Source: Polymyxa betae A26-41
Lineage: Eukaryota > Protista > Endomyxa: Phytomyxea
Assembly: GCA_003693705.1 (NCBI GenBank)
Contig: RBZT01000375.1
Coordinates: 5,042-69,041 of the forward strand
Length of the DNA stretch: 64,000 bases
Direction: 5' to 3'
Shown: positions 26,309 to 39,164 of the stretch, piece by piece
Numbering within the stretch: position 1 is the first letter of the stretch
How the letters are laid out: every line of letters starts with the position of its first letter
Made by a program: the position numbers and the translations under genes
The notes under the pieces: generated by a model
Told to the model about the DNA's origin: nothing
Database searches by the model: none
What the model saw: only the letters and a program-made list of their open reading frames with translations

Positions 26309-29300
26309 CTAATATTGGAAATTTGGAGGCAGGTAGGACAGTTGACCTGAACAATAATTAGCCTATTGGCAGAAAACAAGTTGAATAAGGCATAACGTAC
26401 TGTTATTGTCTGCACTGTTGCGCCAGCAGTATTACTCGCAGCCCTGAATAATAGCTCAGCAAGTTTCCAAGTTATAAAAATGTGCTATTACTGTTGCTGA
26501 GTTGCTGTTGCCGCTCCCGAGCGAATTGCCGCCAATTCATCTGCATTCAAGTTAAACCAATGACAACTATTAATCACTCATTGTATTTCATTACCTGATG
26601 CAGGTGGCTCAACCTGCATTTGAAGAAGCGATGCTGTTTTTACAAATGCATCCTGATACTGTAGCTGATCATGCATATGGTACCTTTATATGAACCTCAA
26701 AACTCAGATTTTGCAAAAAGAGCGTTGTCGTTTACGAATCTATGCGGTATCCTGCACGAACTGCATCGAGATAGGTCATGGAGTCATCAACCTTTTCGAT
26801 TGGAGCGATCTTGCTTGAACGACGACAGCAGCAGAGCAATTTCGGTAATTTGAACAGTACCTGGGTTCCAGTTCTCATCAACCAAACAAGAGATGCAACT
26901 CAATTACGTTCTGGCCCAGTATGACAGCAACAATCACCAGAAAGATGAATGCATTGAGGGAAGTTAACCGCTGTCCAAATTCGTCATTCTGCGTGGCACC
27001 GATTCACATTGATAATACAATCAAGATACGACTTGGATTACCGATTCTGAGGCATTGGGGTTAATGCTCTCCGATGACAATGTTGCCGGATAAGAATAGA
27101 TCCATAAAGCCATCGCACAGTGAACAAATACCGCCCATTTCATGATAGATACAGCATATTCGCCAAGTGTTTGATCCATCATAGGTGGATAGCGATGCAA
27201 ACGTAACAGAGCGATCTGGGAAAGGTTAAATATGAAACATTAGCTGGCATCAATAAATTAACGAACTAGTCAAATCCAATCCAATCCAGCTGAATATGGC
27301 CATACCTTATCGAATAAACGGGTAAACATGAGAGTCAATGAACACGTGAATAGCATCAGAGGAATTCCCGAAGAATACAAAAGCGAGACGAACATTGTGT
27401 TTAGGACTGCAGCGTACCGGTCCGATAGGACAAAACTTGGCCCAGAGTACAGTTCGTTCAGATCCTAAATTCAAGTCAATGGAAACGTGTGAAATCAGTA
27501 GAAACCACTCGACTTTCTGGGTCCTCATCTTGTTGCGTCGACAGAATCTCTTTATTGCCGAGATCGGTATCTGAATGACTGGCATAATATGAGGGTTAAT
27601 GACGTTAAGCGTCATCGTTAACATAACAGAAACGCCCACGTCTCGGTACCAATCCGAGTTCACATCGCTATATGATCCATTGAAGATCTCGCCGAGGTGG
27701 AACCGCGAGAGATTGCCATTCATCAACATGATAATGATTCCTGAAATTCTAGTTCACTTTTATCGAGTAAACCCGTCGAACACGAACCAGTATTGATGAA
27801 AAGAGCGACGAATAGTTTCTCAGTAATAGCTTTCTCCTGCGACGATAGCGTGTTGTGCTTTTCGAACCTGACAAGTACGACAATCATTGTCTTCAGAAAC
27901 ATGTTCACAACGAAGATGGTAACTGCTATTAGCGCTGTCAAAAGCTAACATATTCAGTTAGAGATCATGAGCGAGTAAGAGAAATTGAGTACCTTCGAAA
28001 GCGCCAAGTTCGCTGCCCATTGCTGGCAAAGATCCTTGTTATCGACAAGTTGCCGCGACAGCAACGACGCACAATAACAATCGACGCCAACTCCCCTCAG
28101 GGCGTCATCTCGTGTTGGTGCAGGAGCAGTACATACAGCCGCATCTGTTTTCATTTGTTTCTGCTTTTGAGAGGCCTAAACTGGAGTCAGTGGAGCAATT
28201 AAGGTTTGAGGATCCGCACAAGAAAGATGATTGTCAAAGAAACCAGCATGATGACGACAGTGGCGAACGATGTTAACATGCGACGACATTGACGAGACGT
28301 GCCGGAGTACTTCAAATTGTGGAATAAAATGTTCGACGGCTCTGTACAGGGGATATGTTTTCCGACGAATAAGCAGTGTGAGATTCAAACCGATTGCTGG
28401 ATGCACCAGAATCCGTTTCCCTTTGAACCGTAACCGTCGCTTCATGCAGAGACGACTCCAGCTACAGTCACCTCAGTCACTGCAGCAGAATCATTCCCTT
28501 AAAAAATTGCACCATGAATTAGGATAGCTGGCCAAACAGCTTTTTCTGGAGGCAGCCGAATCAAACGATATGTAGGCATCGACAGGCATGCGTCGAAACC
28601 TGGACTAAAAACAAACATCAAATCTATTGTTGAGAAATAACATCGTGATATAATTTACCTTAAAGGCGTCGATTTTTTTATCAAACGACTCACATTTAGC
28701 TTTAAGTTTCGATAGCTGCGAGGCGCCATCCGGTGTATCGCTGATCGATCTAAGTTGGGCCATCTGATGCTTCAACTTTCCACGTTCAATGTACATTTCG
28801 ACAAGATCACTATCGTTAAACGAAATGACGGCATCAACAACTTTGCCCCATCGATCCTAAGCTTGTTATCACAAATTGGAAAACCCATCGAAACTCGGCA
28901 AACCTGGAAGAAATGATAGAGCTCCATACGATCGGTTAACTTGTTTGGTAGATTCTTCACACGAACGGTGAAATCGGCAGCCGTTACTGCATTGCTTTCG
29001 CTCTGTTCAGCTTCCTTTCGCTGTGCTCGTTGCATTCTCCAGACTGGTCCATACAGTTATATTGGTTTCGTAGCAAGTCCCAGCTAACTTACTGCTGAAG
29101 AGAAGATACGCTACAATAGCGACATCGAATGATACGATAATGGTACTTAGCGTTCGATTTGTCACTGTCCTATTGGTGAAAGGAATAGGGACGTCTTCAG
29201 ATGATGGTCCGACTGCCCCCAACATTGTCTTTTCGACGAAGAAATCTGTGGATGCAATCCGCCTAGTCTACAACAATAACTATCTATCATTGCAAATCCT

Positions 29301-29674
29301 GTCCGATAAGTTATTACCCAAATGCTGATGGCTATTTGTGGCAAAGCCAGTAAGCAAGCGACCATAAAGGTTCGCTTCAGCCGCAATAGCATGCGGAAGT
29401 AGAGGAGGATGCCAACGCCAAACTCGCCAAAATTGTCGAACGATATTATGGGATCTGCTCTGGTTTAATAAAGATCACCAATGGCTGGTTGAGACCGACA
29501 TGGGACATATGCACCATCGATTCGCTTTCGAGGCATCGTTTTGTTCCTGTAATTGATGGCGGCCTGTAATGAAACAGTTTCCTCATCCTATACGAAGTGT
29601 CAATTAGATGAGACTAGAAAATGGATAACTACCTGGTCGGGTTTCGAGACTTTGATGGCGACCGACTGTTCCAT
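26309..29674 (-). CDS. Multi-pass membrane protein, OSCA/CSC1/TMC-like channel family
   Basis: FGEFGVGILLYFRML, TAADFTVRVKNLP, AYISF, RFEKH.T.S.QE..I..KLF.ALFINTG, YSD...DWYRDVG, TQKDLNELY.GP.F.L..RYA, Y.SGIPLM, LLR..RYPP; many exons. Confidence 0.8.
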
Positions 29675-30578
29675 TTTAGGGCACCGGCAGGATAGAAGAT
29701 GGGTATTTCTATTCAAAGCCGTACCCGGTCGCCACCCGGCCCAGAAGGCGATCATGAAGATCGCAGCCAGTCACCGACAACAGGTTTGTTGCCCATGCCG
29801 AACTCCAGACTTTGAAATCTTTACTATTGTTCAAAGTTCAACGCGAACATAGCTCTATCAGATTCGTCTCTGGCCGCAAACTGCCTCTCAGTAAAGTAAC
29901 GTTTTGCACGTTTGCGGCCTTGCGGGTGCCAAATGTCTCAGATGGACGGGCAAAATCGCTCCCAAATGCTGATTCGTCACGAATGAAATGTTTACGTACC
30001 ACGAGAGCACCTATACTGCAGCGAACGACTTTTTATCGTTCGATGTTATCTAAATTGGGCAGCATACAATATTTCTAACCAAGTATATTTGTACGGTAGG
30101 TTTGATTTTTATTTTTTGCTTTTAGGTTACTGATATCCTTACGTACCTACTGATACATTAACGACGCACTCAGCTCTATTCAGATTGAACTAAAAATTGC
30201 AATGCTGATGTATTCTATTATTTAAGTTGGTTTTGCATGCGTAGAACCGCTGACTAATCTCACTTAGAGATTACGCTACAGGTTTCTGTTGATCTCTTGT
30301 ATTGGATGCTGTAATCTTTTGTTTTGTATTGACAGAAAGCAAGAAGTTATCATGGTTTTTGGGAACAAAAGTTCATTTTCGAAAACTGTCTACGGATTTA
30401 TGCAGTTCTTAATAATGCTACACTGATACAATCAACGAATCGTGGTCATCAATAGATTGAATTTTATTGAATTCCACATGATATTGGATAGAGCCTGAGA
30501 TTACAAGTGCTTGTAAACGCAAATATCACTACGAAAAGATTACACATAAGTCATAGTTAGATGAGAATTGTACTAAAT

Positions 30579-31402
30579 TTATTTATAAATTTTTTTCAAT
30601 TTAAACTTGAAATCGGGCGCCCGGCGGACGGCGCCGGACTGGGAGAGCCCAGGCTTACCCGAGCCCGAACTTGAGGTGTCGGGCTCGGTGCTGTCGCCAG
30701 TTGTCGGCTCTCCCTCCGAGGCCTCCAAATCGACGAAGGGGTCGATCTTCTGTAACAAAATATGATTCTGGTTAGGGTTAGCGAACAATGGTGGAACAGT
30801 TACCTGTCTGAGTGGAGGCCTCGGGGTGCTCGGATGATGAGCGGCCATTCATCATCCGAGACCACAATCCGGCGCCGCTTGGGTAGGAGGAATAGTCCAA
30901 GTTACATGCAAAGGAAATCAGACAGCATTTTCGGCGACTCGCTATGTTGTCTGCCCCTACAGAACGAGACACCTTGATTATTAGTTTCTAAAGCTTATTA
31001 AAAGGTCTTACCTGGTTTCTTTGAGTTAGGTTAGGATATATAAAGAATTAGAGCAGGCAAGTCACTGGGACAGCAGACTGCCATCGCCGTATACCCAGAG
31101 AGGAGATAGTCTCCATCTCCAGTGCAGATAGAGGCGCCCGGGCGCCCAGAAAGGGCGCTTCCGCCAGATGGCCGAGCAGCTCCCTGGTCAAAGCATACGG
31201 GAAGACTGCTACTGCCCGGCCAGCAGCCACTGGCTATCTGGCCGGCGGCTTGCCTCACTTCGCTGAACAGTCCTGAGATGGCATCCATGTTTTCAACTGT
31301 GGAGATGTCACAGTAACTTGATATCGTTTCATGAGGGATCCCTGTCGCTCCTTCTACAACAGAGAGGGCTGCTCTCATTGCTTCCAGTCTTTCAGCTGCC
31401 AT
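30579..31402 (-). pseudogene. GC-rich multi-exon hypothetical gene, probably degenerate
   Basis: ORFs 31031-31402, 30778-30972 and 30579-30848 with strong donors (gtaaga, gtaact), but frames do not join cleanly; a transposon sits just upstream of the ATG. Confidence 0.3.
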
Positions 31403-31417
31403 GGCTTGGATGGAATG

Positions 31418-32524
31418 GCGTGCAATTAAATATCCCTCTGCGCGCTCGCAGTTTAATCTCGCAGAATCACTTTCTCTAAATCTTGTTTAGTTTTCGCTTT
31501 TATTTTTGCAATCTTATCAGTTACGTATCATTGTTTTCAGAATTCTCCAAGTACGTTCGCTTTTCATGTGCTTACTCCAACGAGAAATTGCCGTTTACCT
31601 GTTTTGCGCTACTGGCGATGCTCTTGTTTTCAGAAGCCCTTTTTCTTAGGCAAGAGAATATTAGTTGGAAATGCATTTCACAATAATATTACAGTAAATA
31701 AAGCAAATATTGAAATGTTTTTTATATATCAAATGATATTTGCCTTGTTAATTGCACACGACGGATCTTGCAACAGCTATGAACGAACTTATTCACGATG
31801 CGCTATCCAAATGGATTTCTTGAAATCCGTTTTGCTGCAAAAAAAAACGAAGAAAAACAAAAACAGGAATCGACAAGAATCAATTGAACAGTATGATAAT
31901 TAATGATTTTTGACGATATAAGGACTTTAAAGAGAGATTTCACCGTAATGGTAATCAAATCCATTTGAATGAGGAACAGAAAATTTGAAAAGTTTGACAC
32001 GATTATCAATAAAATGGATAGCTAACAGAATCTGATTGAAAAAAGACTCCGGTTTTGAGAGATGCCATCTTCTAGTGAGACAATTTGTCCGGATTCAAAT
32101 GAATCAGCAATGTAGTTCGACTCCGGACAATAACAGCAAAGAAAGTTGCAGATGTTAGGTGTTAAAAGACTTTCTTTATGCTGCGACGAAAGTGCTTCGG
32201 AAAAGAATCTACATAATTTCAATTAGCTGGGCGGACAATGACAGTTTTTCAAATGTCGATTTAATAAATGCTTCCTTTTTAAAGACTTCTGGCAACCATA
32301 TTCGGTGCAGGGGAGACCGCAACGTTACATAATCGCCAAAAGGACAAACGAAACAAACGGAAACTAGTAAGCGAAGGATCGAGAAAGACGGTAGCAAATG
32401 AGATACGAGCACTTTATGTTTTTGCCTGTACCGGTACTTTCAGTATTAGTAATATTCTGCGAGGTTAAACTGCGAGCGCGCAGCCCAGCGCAGCCCGGAC
32501 GTTGAGGGATATTTAATTGCACGC
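31418..32524. mobile_element. Non-autonomous TIR DNA transposon, Mutator/MULE-like (1107 bp)
   Basis: Left TIR 31418-31467 (gcgtgcaattaaatatccctctgcgcgctcgcagtttaatctcgcagaat) is the reverse complement of 32454-32524 apart from a ~20-nt indel and 1 mismatch; perfect 9-bp direct repeat gatggaatg at 31409-31417 and 32525-32533. Confidence 0.9.
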
Positions 32525-34003
32525 GATGGAATGGGGTTACGTCACTGTGACGACGCAACGGGAACAAGATGCGACGGCAGAAGATGGTGGAACACATTGG
32601 TCTGCGGCTGACTGTCAGTGAGGGTTGAAAGCAGATGCTGAATTTGGCTTACCAATAACAGAATGAGCCCAACAAAGGCCATAAACCGCCTTAAACGGTC
32701 AATTTCGGCGCCAAATTTGCCCAGACTGTGCAATTGGCTGCGCCACCATCGCCTTGCCTGCATAGTCTAGAAATAGAATGTCTTGGTACTGAATGGGACT
32801 TACGTCTTGCACACAAGTTCGCATGTTCGTGCCGGCCTTGTCCCTGACGCGCAAGTAGAGCTCTTTCTTGGTATGAAACTACTCTGTGAACTGGCGCCGG
32901 GTCTTGGGATTGACGGCGTGCCATCCTCGTTGGTGGTCGATCTCTTGCCTCTTGGAGCTTCTTCCTCGCAAGCAGAGATGGATACCATCAGATATAGCTC
33001 CTCAATCTTCAAGTTTTCGTCCGAGATCTCCATATCGATGAGTTGTGCTGGACCTCGCCTATCGTCAGTATTAGGCTGATATAGAAATCCGATCCAAAGC
33101 ATAGTAATTGTAATACACAGCCCTGAAATATCAACCGTCGCTGGTTGCGGTTCGTTGAAAATGCTCTTCATCGTCACAAGAGAATGCAATACCAGACAGC
33201 GCCCATCACCGCCAATACGGTGACTGCTTTGGATGGGGTTATCGTTAATGCCTTCAGAAAAATTCGAATTGGATTTCAATGAGTGGCAAGCCCCATAACC
33301 CCACCCCATTGAGTGTGCGATTGATGACTGATATGCTTATGCACACAAAACAGAGTTGCACTGAATCCCGTTTCCTTATCTACAGCTATTGTACCATTCA
33401 GAGATCCGAGTCTGAACACAACTATGGGGGTCATTGTCGGCGTACATCGTCCGCCTGCTTGGATTATGTAGATATCTTCGTTAATCGATGGGTATGCTCA
33501 TTCGATAAGTTCTTCAGTAACAATGCTCGATATTTGTCGACAGAATGTCGATCAATTTGCGAATTTTCGTCACGAAACCAAGACGCCTTCCCAGTCAGTG
33601 TTTTCACTTCCAACAAAGGATAAGGTTTATCGCGAGAGTCGCTGTTTGTATTATAAATCGAGAATAACGATTCGCCTACTGTCACTGAAAGGAATAGGCC
33701 TTAGCCTCCAATGTCAATGTTTTCGGATTGCCAATTCAGAAAATCTAAAATTATATCAACTCAATTACGAGCTTATCTTAATGTTCCATATTTGATGCGC
33801 TGGAATACCTCCTATTCTCACTACACAATGATTGATAATGGCAAACTGCTATTGTAAAAAAAGTTCGTCCATTTGAGAATAAGATTTCGCGGTTTTGCAT
33901 GAGGTTCGAGAAATATCTGGATCGAACCCGAACTCGTTGTTTTTGTTGGAAGCGCCTTCTATAATCTCAGCGACATTGATTGCATGTGCAGTCTCCAAGA
34001 GCC

Positions 34004-37000
34004 ATGTTACGAAAGGCTCACACCCGGAACTCACAGAGTATTGGGACCGGGTTTATTACTTATGAAGGGCATCTAATTAAGCAAGGCGGTGCCCGAGGTG
34101 GCTTCAAAAATTGGAAAAGAAGATGGTTTGCCATCAAGCGCGATTGCCTGTATTATTATAAATCGAAGCCATTGGCGACGGCTGGAACTGCAACACCGCC
34201 CGAAAACAGCGAATCGGATCAGCAGCTGCTGGGAGTTCTACCTCTGCTTGGTGCAAACATTGTTGATGTCGTCAATGATGGGGACCTGCAGATGAACAGT
34301 GTCTGCTATGAATGCAAGAGGCCTTTCAGTATGATTCAAAAGAGACATATCTGCTCTATATGTTCGCAGATGTTTTGCAAACAATGTCTAGGCCACAAAG
34401 TTGCCATTCCATCAATGGGATTTGAAAAGCCTGTCAAGGCCTGTCGTCAATGCTACAACGCGGTCGTACACGACCAGCAAGTTTTGTAGGCCTCGTCTTT
34501 AAATTTAAACCTGTCTGCTTAAATGTGATGCAGAGAGCAATCTGACAGCCCTGACAAAGCTCTGAGATCGCGAGTGACGGCCGAAGCTGGAGATCGGGCT
34601 CACGTATTTTTAATTCAGACGCCAGATAGAGAGCTACTGGTGCAAGCGGAGAGCGCCGAACAGAAGGCGGAATGGATTGCTGCATTGCAGGCAGCTATTG
34701 GAAAACGACGTTCGAATCATCTATCAGACCCGCTGGGACTTGGATTAAAACCCGCTAAAGAGCACTGGGAAATCGACTATTCACAGTTGACGTTTGTGGC
34801 GAAGATCGGAGACGGTGCGTTCGGTGAAGTTTTCAAAGGCCGCCTTTGGGGATCGGATGTCGCCATCAAAAAGCTCAAGGATTCCGAAGTCAATGTTCGA
34901 TATTTTTATTGACGCTTCTTACTTGTCGTTGAGTTTCTTGTTTAGGAGAAAGTCCTGGCCGATCTGAAGAAGGAGGTGGCAATTTTATCGCAGCTGCGTC
35001 ACCCGAATATCGTGCTCTATATTGGGGCCTGTACACAGCCACCCAATATCTGCATCGTGACGGAATGGTGCGATCGTGGCTCGCTCTATGATATTATCTA
35101 TAAGCAGAAGATGATCATTGATACCAGACGTGCCATCAATATAGCAATCGGAGTGGCACAGGGTATGTCTTACCTGCACAGCTTAGACGGGAACATCATA
35201 CATCGCGATCTGAAAAGCCACAAGTCGGTCGCCGTTTGCTGCGATCAAATTATGTTCTAACTGTCGCAGCGTTCTTTTGGATTCCAGCTTCACTGTTAAA
35301 ATCGCCGATTTCGGCTTGAGCCACATGCGCGAGCTAAACGCTTCGACACACGATTACGCCGACGGCGGCGACAACGGTGCAGGCAAGTTCGGCATTTTCG
35401 GGACACCGGAATGGATGGCGCCGGAAGGTGATATTAACAGGTTAACGAGGGCACGGTTTTGATTGGTAGCAGTGATGGAGGGATCCGCCTATACCAACAA
35501 AATCGACGTCTATTCTTTCGGAGTCGTCTTGACCGAAATCTTTAATCGACAAGTCCCACTTCGTGATCAGTACAAGATTTCGACCTATGTCGATGTGTTC
35601 GAGGCAGTACTGGACGACGGTGCTCGTCCGACCATTCCAGGTCTTTGTTCCAGCAGCACGTTAATGCACGTTACTTATACGACATGCAGAATGGGTTGGA
35701 TCGACGTTGCAGACTCTGATTCAGGACTGTTTGAATGTCATTCCGGCTAAACGTCCCACCTTCATGGATCTGATCGCGCGTCTGACCCAGGCCTTTCACA
35801 TGTCTCCCAAAATGATTGTGAAGCAGTACGATGTGAAACGGCTAATTTTCATGCTGGACAATGCCCGTCCTTATATGCAGGTTTGTTTACTGCAGTTCCT
35901 TGCAACTGAATCAGCATAGCAGTCAAACTTTTTATTTCCGCTGCAATCATAATTAGAAATTAGTTTGGCGTCAAGAAACTTTCTCAGATGGCTGATTATA
36001 ACCACAGGAATTAGCAGCTCGCGAACTGGCTTTGATGAAGCCCTGTGGCGATTTATGCTCCAACTGCGGGCATTGCTTGACAACAGTGGCAATGTTCGAG
36101 CACGATACGATCATGTTGTTCGTGGAAAAACTGGTAGAAGCTCGGTGCTTCGTTAATGTCTGAACTTAACGTGAATTTCAGTCAATTCTATTCAATGCCG
36201 GTTCGGTAAAGGTCAAAACGCAATCGTGTGCTGCACTGGTCTCGTTGCTCTCATCGGCACCTGACAAATACCGCTCTACATACAGCGACATTGTTTTGAA
36301 GGTTAACAACAAGCAAAGGTTTTGGGCATTTCTAATGGAATTGCAGGAAGTCGGTTTGGGAACCTTGATGCAGTACTGTGCGGCTCTGGAAGAAGAGATT
36401 CGGACGACCACCGTCGCCCTTGTTAAACAGATTACTCCAGATCTGTTGCGACCTCATAATGACAGCACTCGAGAACTAGACCGACAATCAGCCGAGATCC
36501 TTGAAAAACTTGTCGCCGAAGAAATTGCCCAGTACGACCGTAGTAATCGTCTGCTTGAATTTTAAATCTGATTTCGTAGATTGAGCGAGAAACTCGGCCA
36601 CGTTCAGGAGCTCGTTCAATCGAAGATGCATTTCATGTCGAAGTTGAAGCAATCGCACTTCACTGAGGAAAGACCAGCACCGGTTCATCGACGTAATTCA
36701 GAGTTTGTTTGAGTGCCAAAGACAAACATAACTAGTGGTTTCAGATACGCCTTCGTGGCATGCAGCCAATTTTGATGTGGTAGCGGAGCCGATCGAAGAG
36801 ATGGTGGTTGCTGGCATGGTCATTAATAAGACGTTCCCGGCGCCCGAAATTGAAGCGCTTCCAGCCCCAGTACAGCTTTCTGACATTTTCTTGACAGCGT
36901 TCCAGCTGAATCGCTCCGAAATCGTCGATTGTGATCATGGTCTGGTATTCGATCCTGTCACGTCACAATGGATGGCCTGCCTGCTGATCTTACTGCCTCG

Positions 37001-38999
37001 GGAGTTCCACGTTTTCGAGCAAGGCGCCGGCCAGGTTCGTCGTCAGGATTATTTTCAGACGGCATTCTTAAAATTACCAGTCGGCTGATGATGCATGCTT
37101 GGCAATGGTGAGAGTAGCCCCAAACGCCCCGACTCAGGTCGTACTTGGACGGAAAGGCGCCAAACCGCATTGTGTAAGATTGACATGCTGGATTTGCTTT
37201 TCTGATAATGCTTTTTGAAATTCTTCTTCCAAATTTTTTGTATTAATTACTTGTTGTGATGTATCATGATGCAGATCCACATCATTGATGACCATGATTC
37301 GATGGTGATATGCACGAGGACGGCGACGCGGTGTCGAAACTGGGCCGGGATTCTTTGCCCAGAGAAATTCCCGACCGTTCAGGAACAAACACGTACACTG
37401 TCTGCTTTAGCCTTTTGCAAATTCACTGAACAGATTGCCTTAGCACAACAGCGACTGTCGACACGAGAACTGCTGGATATGCTATCTGAGAACGTTATCG
37501 AATCGCGGGTACCAGCGACTAATTCTAGTGGATGGGTCAGCGTGATCTTGCAATTATCATTTGAGCTGATCTTCTTGTAGCTGCTGGCCCGTGATGCTGA
37601 CACCGATATCTGGTACCCAACATATGGACATTTTCCTGCTGCTAAACCGAATGTAATGACGCTATACGAAACTTCAAATATGAACAACATCATCTTGTCG
37701 ATCAAGGTTGAATCAGTGCGACATAATTGTAAGCATGAATTGGCAATTACCGCTGGAGTCTGAATTTCGTACAGACGAAAGCCAAACACCGAAATCAACG
37801 CCGATGCAAGAATCGGAAGAATGGCTGTCGAGAGCATTCGAGGTTTCAGGGATGTATGTGAAGCATCTCGATTACAGAGGTTACGAAATCGTTGATCCAT
37901 ATAGTTACAAATCCAAAAATTTTTAACTAGATGAAGAGCGGTCACTGAAGCCGATTGCGATCGAGTTTTGTGCAGTCTCGATTAGCGATCGTCATGGCTG
38001 GGTATCCTATTGCTCTCGAGTTTGCAATCGGCTACCGGATATCCTATCTGAAGAGCATGACGAATTCGGCGGGCTTGATACGCTGCCCCAAGATATCAAG
38101 CAGCAGCTAATGAAAAACAACGACTCGAATAAGACGTCGGCGTCGGCGACTGGTACGCGTTGCCATTCTTGAAATCGCTGCTTATTGAGTTGTGGGCAGG
38201 CAGGGCAGCGACTCCAGAGACGGCTATCTCCAAAACGGATGCTTCGTCGGGATCGTTCTGGGAAGATGATATCACTGTCACAGAAGTGACGAGCGAATCT
38301 AAGCTGACAGCCCAATCTGAATTTATTAAACAGTTCGGACAGGCATTTAAACATGGGTAACATTACAGAAGTTGCAAGTTTGCATCTTTTTGGATGTGCT
38401 TTGTTGGAATTGGTTCTTATCTCACTTGCAAACATTTTCGAATGCCACAGCCTCACTTTGTGTGCTTGGAACTGTACGCTTTTAGATTATATCGTTCCTG
38501 TTGCCTTGTTGAGACTGATTGCAACCAGAGATGCAACAATCGCAGTAATATTTCACTTATTATTGTATTGTTTAGGTATTTGCTGAAGCGAGGAGGGTTT
38601 CGAAAGAACTGGAAGCTTCGATATTTTTATCTTGTTGGTAATCAGCTCAGGTATTTTCCAAGCCATAATGTAAGCCCGGTGCATTTCCCGCGATTTCGAA
38701 ATCACTAAATATCATACAGAATTCGCCATCGGAATGTTTGGGTATCATTTATACAGCAACGGGATCAGGTTAGAGAAAACGTGTACAATGCCGCCCCTGA
38801 TTCTTAAGCTCTGCGTATAGGAAAACGATTCAGCGTTTATCAAGATACGAGTACGACGAATCGGTATAGGTTCTGTATTGAAAACCCGGGTAGAATTTGG
38901 TACTTGGAAGCACATAACGACGCACAAATGCAGGAATGGATGGCGGCCATCGATAATGCCATCTCGACAACTGACTCGGACAATAAGCTCGTCGAATAA
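34004..38999 (+). CDS. Tyrosine-kinase-like (Raf/TKL) protein kinase with split PH + FYVE N-terminus and C-terminal PH domain
   Basis: GHLIKQGG..KNWKRRWF, FYVE cysteines, AES.EQKAEWIAAL, WEIDY.QL..IGDGAFGEVFKG, LRHPNIVLYIG, IIHRDLKSHN, KIADFGLS, GTPEWMAPE; last exons GYLLKRGGFRKNWKLRYF..EWMAAI; true start may lie further upstream. Confidence 0.88.
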
Positions 39000-39164
39000 A
39001 ACTTTGAAAACTCTAACGTTATCGATTGGTCGTCTTCAATGCAGCCACCGTTAATGGCGTTTTAGCGGATCGGATAAGATCATCGAGACGACAGTATCAT
39101 CTGATGGGTAATAATTCTAGTTGAACAATCAAGAGATACATCCAAAGTGCAAAAGTTTAAATAT

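Noticed and set aside
31608-31630. YWRCSC motif (FLYWCH/SWIM-like) inside the TIR element
   Set aside because: Too short, remaining ligands absent, and on the opposite strand to the zinc finger
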